From contig KZ538830.1 in the NCBI GenBank assembly GCA_000934665.2, positions 1 to 45,379 of the forward strand: DNA of 45,379 bases. The letters run 5' to 3'. This stretch comes from Catajapyx aquilonaris. Its lineage: Eukaryota. Of this stretch, positions 1-12,023 are shown one piece after another (position 1 is the stretch's first letter; each line of letters opens with the position of its first letter). Under the pieces are notes generated by a model, which was not told where the DNA came from, ran no database searches, and worked only from the letters and a program-made list of their open reading frames with translations. The translations under genes were made by a program, and so were the position numbers.

Positions 1-106
1 ACGTAAACAACGCGTCATGGTTACTGTGAGGCCCGCTCTGATTGGTCCGCGGCGTCGACGAGAACTTAAACCAAAACCGTCGACGGCCTGTGTGAATGGG
101 CCTTTA
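1..106. mobile_element. End of a PIF/Harbinger-type non-autonomous DNA transposon (MITE), truncated by the window start
   Basis: A GC-rich stretch ends ...gtgtgaatgggcct followed by TTA (104-106). The reverse complement AGGCCCATTCACAC resembles Harbinger TIRs, and TWA is the Harbinger target-site duplication. The other end lies outside the window. Confidence 0.5.
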
Positions 107-1672
107 TGAGAACAGTTCCAAGTTTCAGAACTGAAAGCACTTCCTGAGTTACATAAGCATAGAAGCAGAATTTCAAGTTGCGTATTCAAAAGTTCTGATG
201 TTTACATTTTTGTAATGGAATAATCCACAATCCTAGGTCCGAAAAGCCATTTTGAGATCATCCAAAGCTACATGCTACTGAAGACAGAAAATCCTGTCTT
301 GCTAGTTCATTATGAATCTTTAGGACTAAATGAACTTCACCAGGCGATAGAGCAGGGGAAAAAATGCAACCTAGTGGTGTGAATAGTTTAAATACTATCT
401 GCACCCTCTGCTTGGGTATTGCCTAAATGTGAATAATAAATTCACTTTCATTACGTTTCAGGTTACGGTGTGACTGAAAATTTAAAAAAACTTCTATTAT
501 AATAATAAAAATATACAATTTCGGATGCCATTGAAACAGACATATTACAATTCGAACACATCGGTAACTGTTATCACTTTTTGATGGTTTGGAAACCCAA
601 ACCCTACAACTTCAGTGAAAAGATAATGACTTTTAGAGCCCAAATTTTCACAGCTAACGAGAACAGGTAGATTAAAATTTTTAAAAGGTCGAAATGTTCG
701 AAGTGAGCGTGAAGGTAACCCAACAGATCAAGGTACTTCTGACATCCAAACTAGGGCCCTTAATATCATTAGAAGCAACTTAAATCACAGTGTATCATGA
801 CGTCATATCATTCCAGTAATATACGTCATGAAATAGCTTAATATAACTAAATAACTAAATGATAATATTGTACACACGGCATTGATCTGTAAAATACAGA
901 TCGCCAAAAATGTATGCTTAAAATTTTTCTTATGGCCCAGCCAAATGTACAGTCATGGGCATAAAGATCTTTCTGTGCGACTGTCCATGTTTTGAGATCT
1001 TTTGACATGTTTGAAAAACCAAAAAAACGATCTTTCTAACGACAGTCATAGTTTGCGTGAGCTGACTGTCAGAACAAATATTGAAAAGTAAACAAGCATT
1101 CTGAGGCAAGTGTAGTGACGGAATCTCTCTCTCTCTCCAGACTGAGGCTGGCTGATTAGTCATGCATGATTAGTGATGAATAATTGCACTTATCTTAAGC
1201 ACGGTTGCTTCTCGTGATTCACCCCAACTTCCATCTTTCAATCAGCACCCAGCCCAGATGAGCTGATAATCACATTGCTTCTGACAACATTCAGTTGGCA
1301 GTTATCTCTGAAAAGAGTTCATTAGATAAGTAGTAAGTAATAATAAGTAAATGAGAACTGTAATTACACTTGAGAATCTTTTTTGCGGTTCTCTCACTTG
1401 AAGGATGTATTTTTCCATGTTCTTAAATTACACGGTCCCTTGCAGAGGCCCGCAGGGATCTTGTCAAGGCAGCCTGCTAAGGCTGACCAGTGGCCACCAT
1501 ATCTAATCTTTTGCACACAATCTTTCTTTATTCAGCAACTGACCTTAAGGGGAAAAAGTGGGAGATAAAAGAATGTTGACTTCAAATTTGGGGAGAACTT
1601 AGTATGATATGAAACTCAATGACATCCTCATGATGATGATATTCTAAATGCTGATCGTACTTGTTTCCGCAG

Positions 1673-1802
1673 GTGGGGTAGAGGCCATCCCGAGGACTTT
1701 ATTGAGCCACTTGAAGAGAAATACGATGTGGATTCATCGGAAAAGAAGCGCACTGCTGGCCAGATATTATGGATACGTGGATTAACACGGTTGCAGACTC
1801 AG
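1673..1802 (+). CDS. PMCA: PMCA (plasma membrane Ca2+-ATPase) internal exon, first half of the calmodulin-binding domain
   Basis: Acceptor ttgtttccgcag, donor cag|gtaagt. 1 nt + 43 codons: WGRGHPEDFIEPLEEKYDVDSSEKKRTAGQILWIRGLTRLQTQ. GQILWxRGLxRxQTQ is the PMCA CaM-binding signature, and the exon ends at splice site C in phase 0. Confidence 0.96.
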
Positions 1803-4762
1803 GTAAGTCGCCAGATTTGGAAAATTCCATCTACCCCTATTTTTTCTCTCTCAATTATAAGTGTTTCTTGATGTCTCAGGCATATTTTTTTTTTAACATG
1901 GAAAAAAAAAACAAGTTTCTTTCCAAGACACGGCAAGGTAATGCTTTAAAAAAAAAATAAGTAAACTGATGTTGAGCAACTGCACCTTATCGTGAACCTT
2001 TTTCTAGATTGCCTTATTTTTCTATATCTTGAAGTGCTGTGGTACATTAGAGCAGCTTTGGCTAGTTCGACATGTTGGAAGTTTCAGTACGTCACGATTG
2101 CTTTCATGTACCATGCTCTTTAAGCTTGTTTATACCTTCATATCTGTCAATTTGCTGAGTTTGTATTACTCTTTTTTATTTTATTTTTGCAAGTGTTATA
2201 TTAATAGGAATATATATATTTTTTCGGTTGACATGTGACAGAAATGTAGTGCAGTTTTTTTTGTGTTCTTTACAATCTTTGGGTAATATTACGACAAAAT
2301 TTTTAAAAGAGAGAGCCTATTTTAATGCTTATCTCTTGGCTTTTGTGTAGATTACAGGGAAGTCAAACTAAGTTGAAAAAAGTGATGCCATTTTTTTGGA
2401 GCAACTTGTTCCGGTAATAACATCAAAAATAGTAGTTTTTTTTTTTCCAATTGTGTTATTTTTTTGCTAGTGCCGTAAGGAATAGACTATTCAGATGATG
2501 TTTTTTTTTTAAAAAAAAATTATTACCAAATCTCAACATCAGCTGTAAGTTTGTTCTCAGTGAGCGTTGTAGTGCCGCAAAAGAGAGTGTGTGTCACCAT
2601 CCATAGTTTGGTGTTCGTCTAAATGAAAGTGAAAACGGTCTGCAGCAGTAACTGGACACCTCGATGACCGTAGATTAATATGTTATTTATCATTGTCCAC
2701 ATTGCTTCAAGTGCTTCCTGGGAACTGTCCTTTTTTAAAAAAAAAAATTTAGGTGGGCTTATTTGTTGTGGGTGTCTTAATAACAATTGTCGTGGTGGTG
2801 GTGGTAACTAGTGAGCACAGTAGAGTATACTGTACTTTGTTGATTGGGAAGACGCTTGGTAAGTTGTCCTTTTTCAGTGACAGTTACTGCTGCAAGCTGG
2901 CTTTTTTTGGGGACTTTTCTCTTGCATGCTTCCCAAACTTCTTTAGATGGTGAGGTCTATATATATTTTTTTTCCTACATTTTTTTTTCCCTCTCTTCAC
3001 CACAAAGTCCGTATTAGTACTGTTGGCTTTCCTGCACCAGCTTTTACTCTTCCACTTCTGTCCTTCCCGGCTCTTTTTTCCCAAGCACATGGTTTCTCTT
3101 TCAGGCCCCCCCAAAAAAAAGAGAAAAAAAAGAGAGAAAAAAAAGAGGAATGCTTCTTCTCTTCACTCTTTCTGTCAACTTTGTTTCATCCAGCACATGG
3201 TTGTATAGGGCTGACTGGGGGAATGGTGGGACTACCGGTGGTGGTCTAATGAAAAAAGAAAAAAAAGCTAACGTTAACCAGGGATCATGTGGAACACACA
3301 AACACCCTTTCAGTAATACCAGGTTCGTGTAAAGTAGGAGAATCCGTAACCAGTTTTCGCCTACAACGAAGAGCGGTTTGACCCCCGGATGGAAAAATAT
3401 ATAAGTGGCGTACCATACTGGCAAGCAGGACACAGGGTTATGAGCATTTGCAGCTTGGTTTTTCAGTTCTGAGCTTTTCTTTATATATTATAATTCAGCT
3501 TCATTTTTATACTAGCCTATAATGAGTGTTGGTTCACTCGAAAATGAAAAGAAAAACAACTCCTTACAACTCTGGAACCAAATGGAGCTTTTTTGTTCCA
3601 CATTCTTTTGGAGCTGGCAGCGTAACACAAATGTCATGTGTGTGTTGCGTGGACAGATGCTGTCTCATTTTTTTTTTTTTTTTGACTATTATTTCATTCT
3701 TACTATTATTGACACAAGCTAACCCGGACTGGCGATAAGCTGCAGTATTCTTACATATTTTCATCACCAGTAGAGAACCAAAGTAATATATGCAATTATT
3801 TATTCCTTATTATTATTATTATTATTGTTATTTTTATTTTTATTATTCCTCAGTCTTGCAGTTTTATTATTATAATAACTGAAGGGGTGTAACAATGTGG
3901 AGTCTTTCACTCTCACTCTGCGAATAGTTGCATGTATATTGTTGCATGCTCCCCCTTTTTTAATCAGAAGCCCTGTTGTTTGAACCTTAACTCTGTTCGG
4001 GATAGACAAATTCTTAGCATTTGATAGTGTCGTCTTTTTTCTCACATACTTCTTGCAGCTGCTTGAAACTTGCACCATTTTTTGTTTTTATAGCAGGACT
4101 ATTCTGCATGTTTGTAACTACTTGCATGCTTTTCCTCATACGAAAAAAAAAAAAAAAAATGTTTTTAAAAATTTCCCAGGCCATACCTAAACCCTGATTG
4201 GTCAAGCCATGTTTTCAGTGATGTAACGAAAGTTTTTAGATTGTTCAATGATGTTCATTATCACAGGTTTGTGCCGCTCCCCCCCCCCCCAACTTCCCTC
4301 CCAAAAAGTTTTTTGTTTTTAAGTGTAGTTTTTTGCACATCAGTTTTCACTTTGGGTCCTTGGCTGGTATGATTACCATTTGGAGATTATTCAGTATGGC
4401 CAAATGTGTAATGTAATTCATTACATGTTCGGATTGAGCGAGAGAGAGAGAGAAAGCGAAAAAGAGAGTGCCCTGAATTCAGCTGGATCTGTGATGCTGA
4501 AACATCAATGATCAATAAGTGGCATGAAAAATGGCTCACTGATAGTGAGGAAAGTCGTATAGACCCAGGCAGTTTTGTTTGCCCCAACAGTATTTTGATG
4601 CTATTACTTTTTCTCTTGAGCATCGTTGGAGGCAAATTTTTGTTAAAAAACAATTGTGCTCAAAATAGGACTAATGTTACATGAGAAAGACAAAAGCGAG
4701 TTAATGACAGACGAAAGTGGCCATAGTTTCCCCTTCATTGGTCTCCCTCCCTGTGTTTGCAG

Positions 4763-5452
4763 CTGCGAGTAATCAGGGCTTTCAAGTCCACCCTTGAAGA
4801 CCTGGAAGAACGGCGCTCAGTACATAGTTTACACAGCTTACACAGTTTGCGCAGCTCAAGGAGCCACACAGGCACTCGGCCCATGTCAGACATCAGTTAT
4901 ATAGATGAGGACCCAGTAAAAACGCCATCACCCATCAACGAGAATGATCAGTCTAATAATTCGGTGAACTTGAAGATGGTCTCTCCGGCCGAGGACCCCC
5001 ACTGCCTGGTGCCGGCCGAAACCGCTCCCTTGGTGACAAAGGGATCTGCGCGACTTGGCCATGTTAATGAGGCAGCCAAACAAAGTACTGGTCCAAGTTC
5101 TGGCACCTTACTCACCACCATCCCGCCTGTGCTTACTACTTCTACGCTCACTAACTCCATCCCCGCAACCACCGACAGCAACCCAGGCGTGACCACCACA
5201 GTCTACTACCCATCATCCTCGCCTAATCATCCCACACGACACAGTTACCAGCCGCTAAGCCCGCATCACCTGCAACCCCTCTCTCAGCACCACCAACAGC
5301 GACACAAACACCACCACCACCACAACCACCCCCATAACCACCCCCTTCTGCCGACTTCGCATCAGGAGCAACCGCCTCCTCCGCTCACCACCTTGCAGCA
5401 CACCCTACCACTACCAGAACTGCCAAAACTAGTGCATGAGACTAGCATATAG
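4763..5452 (+). CDS. PMCA: PMCA alternative terminal exon A (long Ser/Thr/Pro/His-rich tail, ends ETSI*)
   Basis: Acceptor ctccctgtgtttgcag in phase 0. LRVIRAFKSTLEDLEERRS continues the CaM-binding helix (xRVxxAF). 229 codons open to TAG, ending in the class I PDZ ligand ETSI. Matches ORF 4757..5452. Confidence 0.9.
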   Translation: MRVIRAFKSTLEDLEERRSVHSLHSLHSLRSSRSHTGTRPMSDISYIDEDPVKTPSPINENDQSNNSVNLKMVSPAEDPHCLVPAETAPLVTKGSARLGHVNEAAKQSTGPSSGTLLTTIPPVLTTSTLTNSIPATTDSNPGVTTTVYYPSSSPNHPTRHSYQPLSPHHLQPLSQHHQQRHKHHHHHNHPHNHPLLPTSHQEQPPPPLTTLQHTLPLPELPKLVHETSI

Positions 5453-6403
5453 ACATCAAATATCCCCCCCCAATTTCCTGTAAAAAAAAACATCAAGAAG
5501 GAAGGACCGGGTGGGAGTCGCCACAGCTTCAATATTCTCAGTGTTTACAAAAAAAAAAAAATGTTTCTGCCCCCCCTCCCTCGACTTGACTCGTCCCGCC
5601 CATTCCCTAGCCTCGGTGAATCTCTTACCAGCTGTTTTGAGCAAGTGTTGATATTTTTCCAGTAGTATTTCTCGATAGGCTGACCAGGTTTTGGCAAACT
5701 GGAAGTTTCAGTAGCAATTTCTTTCATTATCTGTATGTGCAGGAGGTGTGATTACATTTTCAAAAAAAAAAAAAGGTGTTTGCTTGCTTCTGGAACTGCC
5801 ATTTGCGCCGTTTGATCTCAGATTTTTCCTAGGATTAAAAATCGTAATGCAATTGTCAAATTTGTTTCATTGGGTATTGTTGTATACTATTTTACTGGCA
5901 GGACAATCAGGCTTGTGGTGATGGTGCAATGAGACTTTATTATTATTTTTAAAAAGAACCCTGCTCCCCTCAATCTTTCACCCTCCAGATTCTGTATGTA
6001 TGAACTTATTCGGGCGTAGGGACAATAGTGTAGCACTGCATGTCTTTTATCAGTGTGTAGCAAGATGACAGTGTGCCAAATGCTTGCCCTGTGGCTTGCC
6101 CATATTTAAAACAAAATAAGAAGCGAACAGAAAAAGAGTCCGACAGCAACCACTCAAAATGATGTGCCAACAACAGAAATATTACGAAGCAGTTCAGATT
6201 ACATACATGACACCCCCTCAACAGGGAAATATATTTAAAAAAAAGGGATATACACTAAGTGGGTGTGCACACTTTTTTTGCGACTAAACTTCTTCACTTC
6301 TCTGTCCTGCGCAATTTATTTAATTTGTCCAAAATATATCCTTCCTCGTGTATTCGCATTGCCGTTTTTTGCGACAATTCCGCAGCCTCCCCCCCCCCCC
6401 AAC

Positions 6404-6595
6404 NNNNNNNNNNNNNNNNNNNNNNNNNNNNNNNNNNNNNNNNNNNNNNNNNNNNNNNNNNNNNNNNNNNNNNNNNNNNNNNNNNNNNNNNNNNNNNNNN
6501 NNNNNNNNNNNNNNNNNNNNNNNNNNNNNNNNNNNNNNNNNNNNNNNNNNNNNNNNNNNNNNNNNNNNNNNNNNNNNNNNNNNNNNNNNNNNNNN
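6404..6595. other. Assembly gap (192 N)
   Basis: Run of N flanked by poly-C and poly-A homopolymers. Confidence 1.
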
Positions 6596-6720
6596 CAAAA
6601 AAAAAAAAAAAAAACTTTTGTCACTCTTACAGGCATGCGAGTGAGGATGTGTGGACTTGCGTGTATTTCTGTGGACGTGTGTTGGAGTATGAGAGACTTG
6701 TAATCTATATTGCATATATA

Positions 6721-6756
<36 letters not shown>

Positions 6757-7803
6757 TTTCTCTTTATCACATGTGCCTTCAACATTTCAGTGACCTTGTA
6801 GATAACTTGTTAGTTAAACTTTCCACTCTTTCGCTCTGCACTCATTATTCTACTACACCTTTAATGTGGCGATAGAGGCGCCCTGTGCCCCTGTGGCCTT
6901 TTCTCGTTGAATTCCCAACAAGTGCACCTGCAGTAAACAAAACAACATATTATTATTTTGTGCCTTGAAGAGACTGATTTGACAAAAAAAGTAATAACTG
7001 TAATGCCTGTGAATATATATTCGGAAAAAAAAAATGTGTGGTTGGATTGTTTACTGCTCCTTGTGTGTAAATTTTCACCCTTTGTGAAAATCTACCTTTA
7101 TTATTAGTAGATCTGTAATTTGCAGCATACTTCTTTTTTTTTTTTGCTTGGTTAGTATGTTGTTTTTTTTTATGAAACTCTGAATGAATTCTTTGTTTCA
7201 GAAAAATCCCTGTCATGAAGAGTCTGTTTTTTAAATTTATTAATTTAGTTCATTTTCTCTGTTTTTCTTTTTTCTCCACTCTATATATATGAAATAATGT
7301 GCATCTACTGTAGCAAAATACACTACAAGTAGATTTGAGTGCAAAGTATTTCACTTTTTGGAACGGTTTAAAAAAAAAATAGAGACTTTTAAAAATATTT
7401 CACTGCCTTCCTAGTGTAATATTGATGAGAAAAAAAATGGTGGTTTCAGCTCTTGTGTCTGTAGATAAACTCTTCTCCTTCATTTGTTTGTAAAACACAC
7501 GGAGACTTTCTTTCTTTTAATCTTTTTGTAACTAGTTATTCTTGCCAAATTTTCATCCAGTGGTTGATTTGTCAAACTATAGTTGGAGTTTTTGATGCCA
7601 AGTAGAGCCGAGTTCAGCTCTCTCATCCCCATCCCCTGCAAGTTTATCGTCCCCTTGTTTCTCATACTTTTTTCTTTTACTACTGATCCTCTCCGTATCC
7701 TGTAATTTCCCCATGGTCCGTCTCCTCCTCCTCCGTCTCTTAATCTTTTGACTCACACTAACTGCTGTTTCTCACTGCTGTTTGCCCTCTGCCCCTTTTG
7801 AAG

Positions 7804-7872
7804 GTGATAGGTGGTGAATTGCAGGAACGTTTGATACCAGTCCCCTACAGCAAGAGTTCCACAGATCAAGCA
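7804..7872 (+). CDS. PMCA: PMCA cassette exon at splice site C (VIGGELQERLIPVPYSKSSTDQA)
   Basis: Branch-like ACTAAC near 7757, pyrimidine tract, aag| acceptor, gca|gtaagc donor. 69 nt, phase 0-0. I recall a similar peptide in insect PMCA isoforms before IRVVNAF (recalled, not searched). Confidence 0.88.
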
Positions 7873-8449
7873 GTAAGCTGCTTTCATTAATATAGTTTTT
7901 GTTTATTAACTAGTCCAGCAATGTCACACTTTGAACCGCCATGGAGCCCACACGACCTCCCCGAGTTATCCTTTTTTATTACTTTATTTTTTTTTTGGAG
8001 ATTGACCTGTGTTTATAAGAGAGGAAAAAGGGTGGTGTTGTGGGCCCTATGAGAATTTATTTAATTTCTTTTAAAATATTTTTTTAACTACCAAGTGAAT
8101 GTGTTCAGAGCTTACTGTGTCGACGCTTTTCCTGTTCATGTAGCTTCTTTCTGTTCAGGTAGAAAGCCTATTGATATTATTTTAATTTCAAACTATTTTT
8201 TTTTAAAAAAAACAAAGCCTTTGGTGACTTTTACCTCCTCCCCGACCAATTTTCTCAGGTAGGTAACTTTTTTTTTTTTTCCTTTCGATGCAGCTTTTAA
8301 ATTTTTTTGAGCTTGTGGTTTTTCCTTTTTCTAGCCTTAATTTACCAAAATATCACGTATGACAAATCCAGGTATCTTGCACAATATACTGCAGCCTCTA
8401 CTTATTGTTACTACCTTTTTCTCTCGAATGTCATGTCCACCATGTTTCA

Positions 8450-8450
<1 letters not shown>

Positions 8451-8480
<30 letters not shown>
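8451..8480. repeat. (ACT)10 microsatellite
   Basis: actactactactactactactactactact read directly. Confidence 0.95.
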
Positions 8481-11400
8481 GGCATGTGATGCCCTATCTC
8501 AAGAAACTATTTTCGCCACTGCACCTCCTTTTTCAAAACTATTTCCATCCAAAAATATACAACCAATTTCCCTTCCAACTTTTTCCACCTTGTTTCCTCC
8601 CCACAACAAGTTTTTTTTTCCTCGAGACTTTTGGAACTTCCCATCCTGATACCATTTTGTATGGTTGACAGAGAATCTCTGCTGCATGTTTTCACTTTTC
8701 CGCCCCACCCCCGACTGTTGAGTGAGTGCTCGAGACACGGCAGCGGCCTCACCCAAGTCCACACAAATTTGCAAATGTTAGATGGCTGATCGGATGAGAT
8801 GCATGGAATTTTCAGACAGCACTTCCGGTATGGGTCTCTTAAAATAATAATACATTCTGTTATTTATTTATTTTTTAAAATAATGTACACATTGCCCTCC
8901 CCATCTTCGAAAAAAAAATCCCCCACCAGCAAAAAAGATGTATTCTGCCTGAAAATGATGCTGTGCCAAAAAATATATGTACAGAGAGCCGCATATGACA
9001 TTAAAGGCGTGCTCGTTTGACACACTGTTCTTTGAAATTTGGCAAAAAATATATATATTCTAAGTGTTTCTGTCACGCACCTGTCAAAGTTTGTGTAGGA
9101 TACACCGTACATGTGCCTGGAATTGTGACTTGAAAAAACCACTGTCCATCTGTGACATGTACTTATTTAAATTACAAGTAGCCCCCTTGATGGCAGGCAA
9201 TTTTTTTTTTTTGTTTTACTGGCTTGGCACTTTTGAATGTTGGGCATGTGTTTTTTATTATATTATTTATCTTCCTATCTATGCACGTGTCATGCTTTTT
9301 TTATTTTCCGCTACCTCCACCTTAAATAGACAAAACACAGCGTTAACAATACGAGTCTGTGCATGTCTGTAGGATTGTTAGGCTGGTCTGGTTTTCAAGC
9401 TTCCCTGCTTGCTAATCGGCCGTTCTTAATTTAATTATTTTTTTAAAAAAAAGGGTGGGGTGTGTCTCCCAATTGTTGCTTTAGCTGTCGGCGTGAGGTC
9501 GCCCGATTATTTTTAATATCCTAATTTTTTTTTTGTTTATCACACAAGCTTGGATTGTTTTTCCAGGCGTTTTTTTCGTGACTGATCGACTTGAGAAAAG
9601 GTGACAAGGTGACAAAAAGTGTACCCACCAAAAGACAGTCGATCGGCAGGGGAAAACGTCGCATAGGAAAATATGTCACAGGGTAAAAAAAAAACATATG
9701 TTGGGGGTGATGAGAGAATAATTGTCAGACGCAATAAGATGATGCAAAGAAAAAAAAAAAAGGTGTTGAGAGAGTCTTATGCGGAGTGCCTTAATATATA
9801 GGAATGAATCGGAATGCTTTTAAACTGGCACTCCTGGCAATGGATGGAGTTAAATAAAAATCTGCATTTAAAAGCTGAATAATGACTCTGCTGGTTAATG
9901 AGTCCTAGGTTTTCAGTTACTGCAGTTGATTATTATTTTTTGTGGAAGTATACCTATGATGTCAGGCGTTATTTTCGTGCACGGTACCTTGTTTGTTAAA
10001 TTTATCATCGCAGGTGTAATTGTGGATGGGGTAAAATAATTGTCTCATGCAATTGATTTGTGAATGCATGTGTTTTCTTTTGGCTCACTTTTTGTGGGCA
10101 CGATGCGTTTTGTTTTTTTAAAATCGTTAGTGGAAGTACACATCGATTGTTTATTATTATTATTTTTGTGAGTCACGTGTCTGAAATGTTTCAGTGTCAA
10201 CTCCTTGAATCTTTTGAAACTTGGATTGAAATCGTGTAAAAACAAAAAAACAAAAAGACGTTTGTTGCTACTGTAAATGTATTGTCAACTTGTCAGATGT
10301 GTTCAGACTACCTTCGTTTCTGTTAGGGGATATGGAAAAGAAGTAATATAATAATATGAGTCCTTTTTTATGAAGACTACAATCTTCTTATTGAACCTCG
10401 AATGGGGGGGAAAAGTCGCGTAAAAGTTTTTTAAAAAACTAAATTCCAACGAAGAAGATTTTCAGGTGCAATGCTCATGCTTTACGTTTTTTAATGCTTG
10501 CATATACCTGGAATGAATCACTTGCTGCATTTATACATTGGGCTTGCGATCGTTGTCCATGCAATTGACAGCACCGTGAATGTAATGTCTTGAGATAACG
10601 TCAAATGTGGACACTGCAAGCTTTATTTACATCTTTCATTTTTTTTTTAAACTACATTCCAAATAATTGCTACGAGCTTGACATGCTTGTCACTTATTGT
10701 CCACACGGCAACATGCATTTTGTGGCACTTGATCGTGCATTTGTATGAAAAGAAAATGAAAGCTAATTGGGGCGAAGAGACTGTGGGCACTCCCAGAGAG
10801 CGAGCGAGGAAGGTAAAGTAACAAGCTTCATCAGGGTCTATCTTCGTTGTTATTGTTTTATTTATTTATTTATTTATTTATTTTATTGACATGTGCTGTC
10901 GAGCTTGAGCTGTCCAGTTGTTGACGTGCTTTTCTGTCTCCCTTTTTCAACTGAAAAAAAAAAAATCCACTCGCCTGTTTTCCACGGTGGAAAAATTATA
11001 TTCATTTCTGGACGGCACAGTATGAGGTCCAGATATGAATTTTTTTAAATATATATTAACACTTATGCTGTGAGGGGATTCGGACATGACACTACTTTTC
11101 CACATAAACATTTTTTGCAGTACACATTTGCGCATGCCCCAAAACGCTGCTTCGCAATGACCCAAGTGTGAAAATAGCATGGGGAAAAATATTATATATT
11201 TCGAACATAATTTGCACGCTTTTTGTGATGCCACAGACGCATTAATTAGCCAATGTGCAGGGTCAATTTTGGTGTAATTAATGCGTCTGGCACATTACCT
11301 GCATCGTGCTGACTTGTGTGATTTTAATATATTGGTACTATTAGTGTGTACCTTTTGTTTCCATTGTAGGGTAAATATTTTTTTAATGAATTTATTTTGA

Positions 11401-11885
11401 CGTGGCACAGTATATTCAGGCTGGAGTGTTTTACGAATAGTCTGTGCGAGGAAGAGCTACCATCATTACAGGCAAAATGCATTGCTGCCAGATAATTAAA
11501 AAAAAACCACACATGCGAAACACACAAAAAGAACCCAACTTAAGGACTGAGAAGGTTCGTTTAAAAAACAGTTATACTTGTTCAGTAGTTAGCGGTACAT
11601 CCAGAGACTGTGTTTAATTGTAGGCCACTTTTTTTATAAAAAAATAAAGTGCATGATAATTTTAACAGTAGTTTGTACGTACTTTTCTAATGATTAGTTG
11701 TAATCGAAGCATAGAGTTTAAAAAAGGGTCAACTTGGAACGTAACCACTTCTGCCTTACTTTATGACATGGAAAGGTTCACGCAATAACCTATTGGTATG
11801 AGTAGTGTTTAGTAAACTTGTAGTTTTCTAACCCAAATTTGTTTGCAGTTGGACCCCTTTTTCAACCCCGAGCTTCATTTGGTAA

Positions 11886-12023
11886 TACAATAGTCTCAAT
11901 TATCTGGATGATAACATTCTTTGCGACGTTGTTTGCAGTGAATCAGATACACCTGATTTTAAATATATGTCGCATTCAATTGTGTAACGAGCCAGCTGGA
12001 TAATTGAGAGACTACATATTGTA
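11886..12023. mobile_element. Small degenerate Tc1/mariner (pogo-like) MITE
   Basis: Imperfect TIRs tacaatagtctcaattatc ... gataattgagagactacatattgta, with TA at both ends. Confidence 0.45.

Noticed and set aside
227..382. Open stretch ...ENPVLLVHYESL... faintly like a sulfotransferase motif
   Set aside because: Short, no supporting motifs or convincing splice context, and inside a PMCA intron; chance or a decayed repeat.
2029..4653. Numerous 60-110 aa ORFs rich in F, K and L
   Set aside because: Products of poly-T and poly-A runs in intron sequence; no domain signal. The same applies to most short ORFs up to 27 kb.
6259..6801. ORFs of 98-180 aa
   Set aside because: Open only because they cross the N gap.
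10797..10818. tcccag|agagcgagcgaggaag|gtaaag as a microexon
   Set aside because: 16 nt (frameshifting) and no pyrimidine tract.
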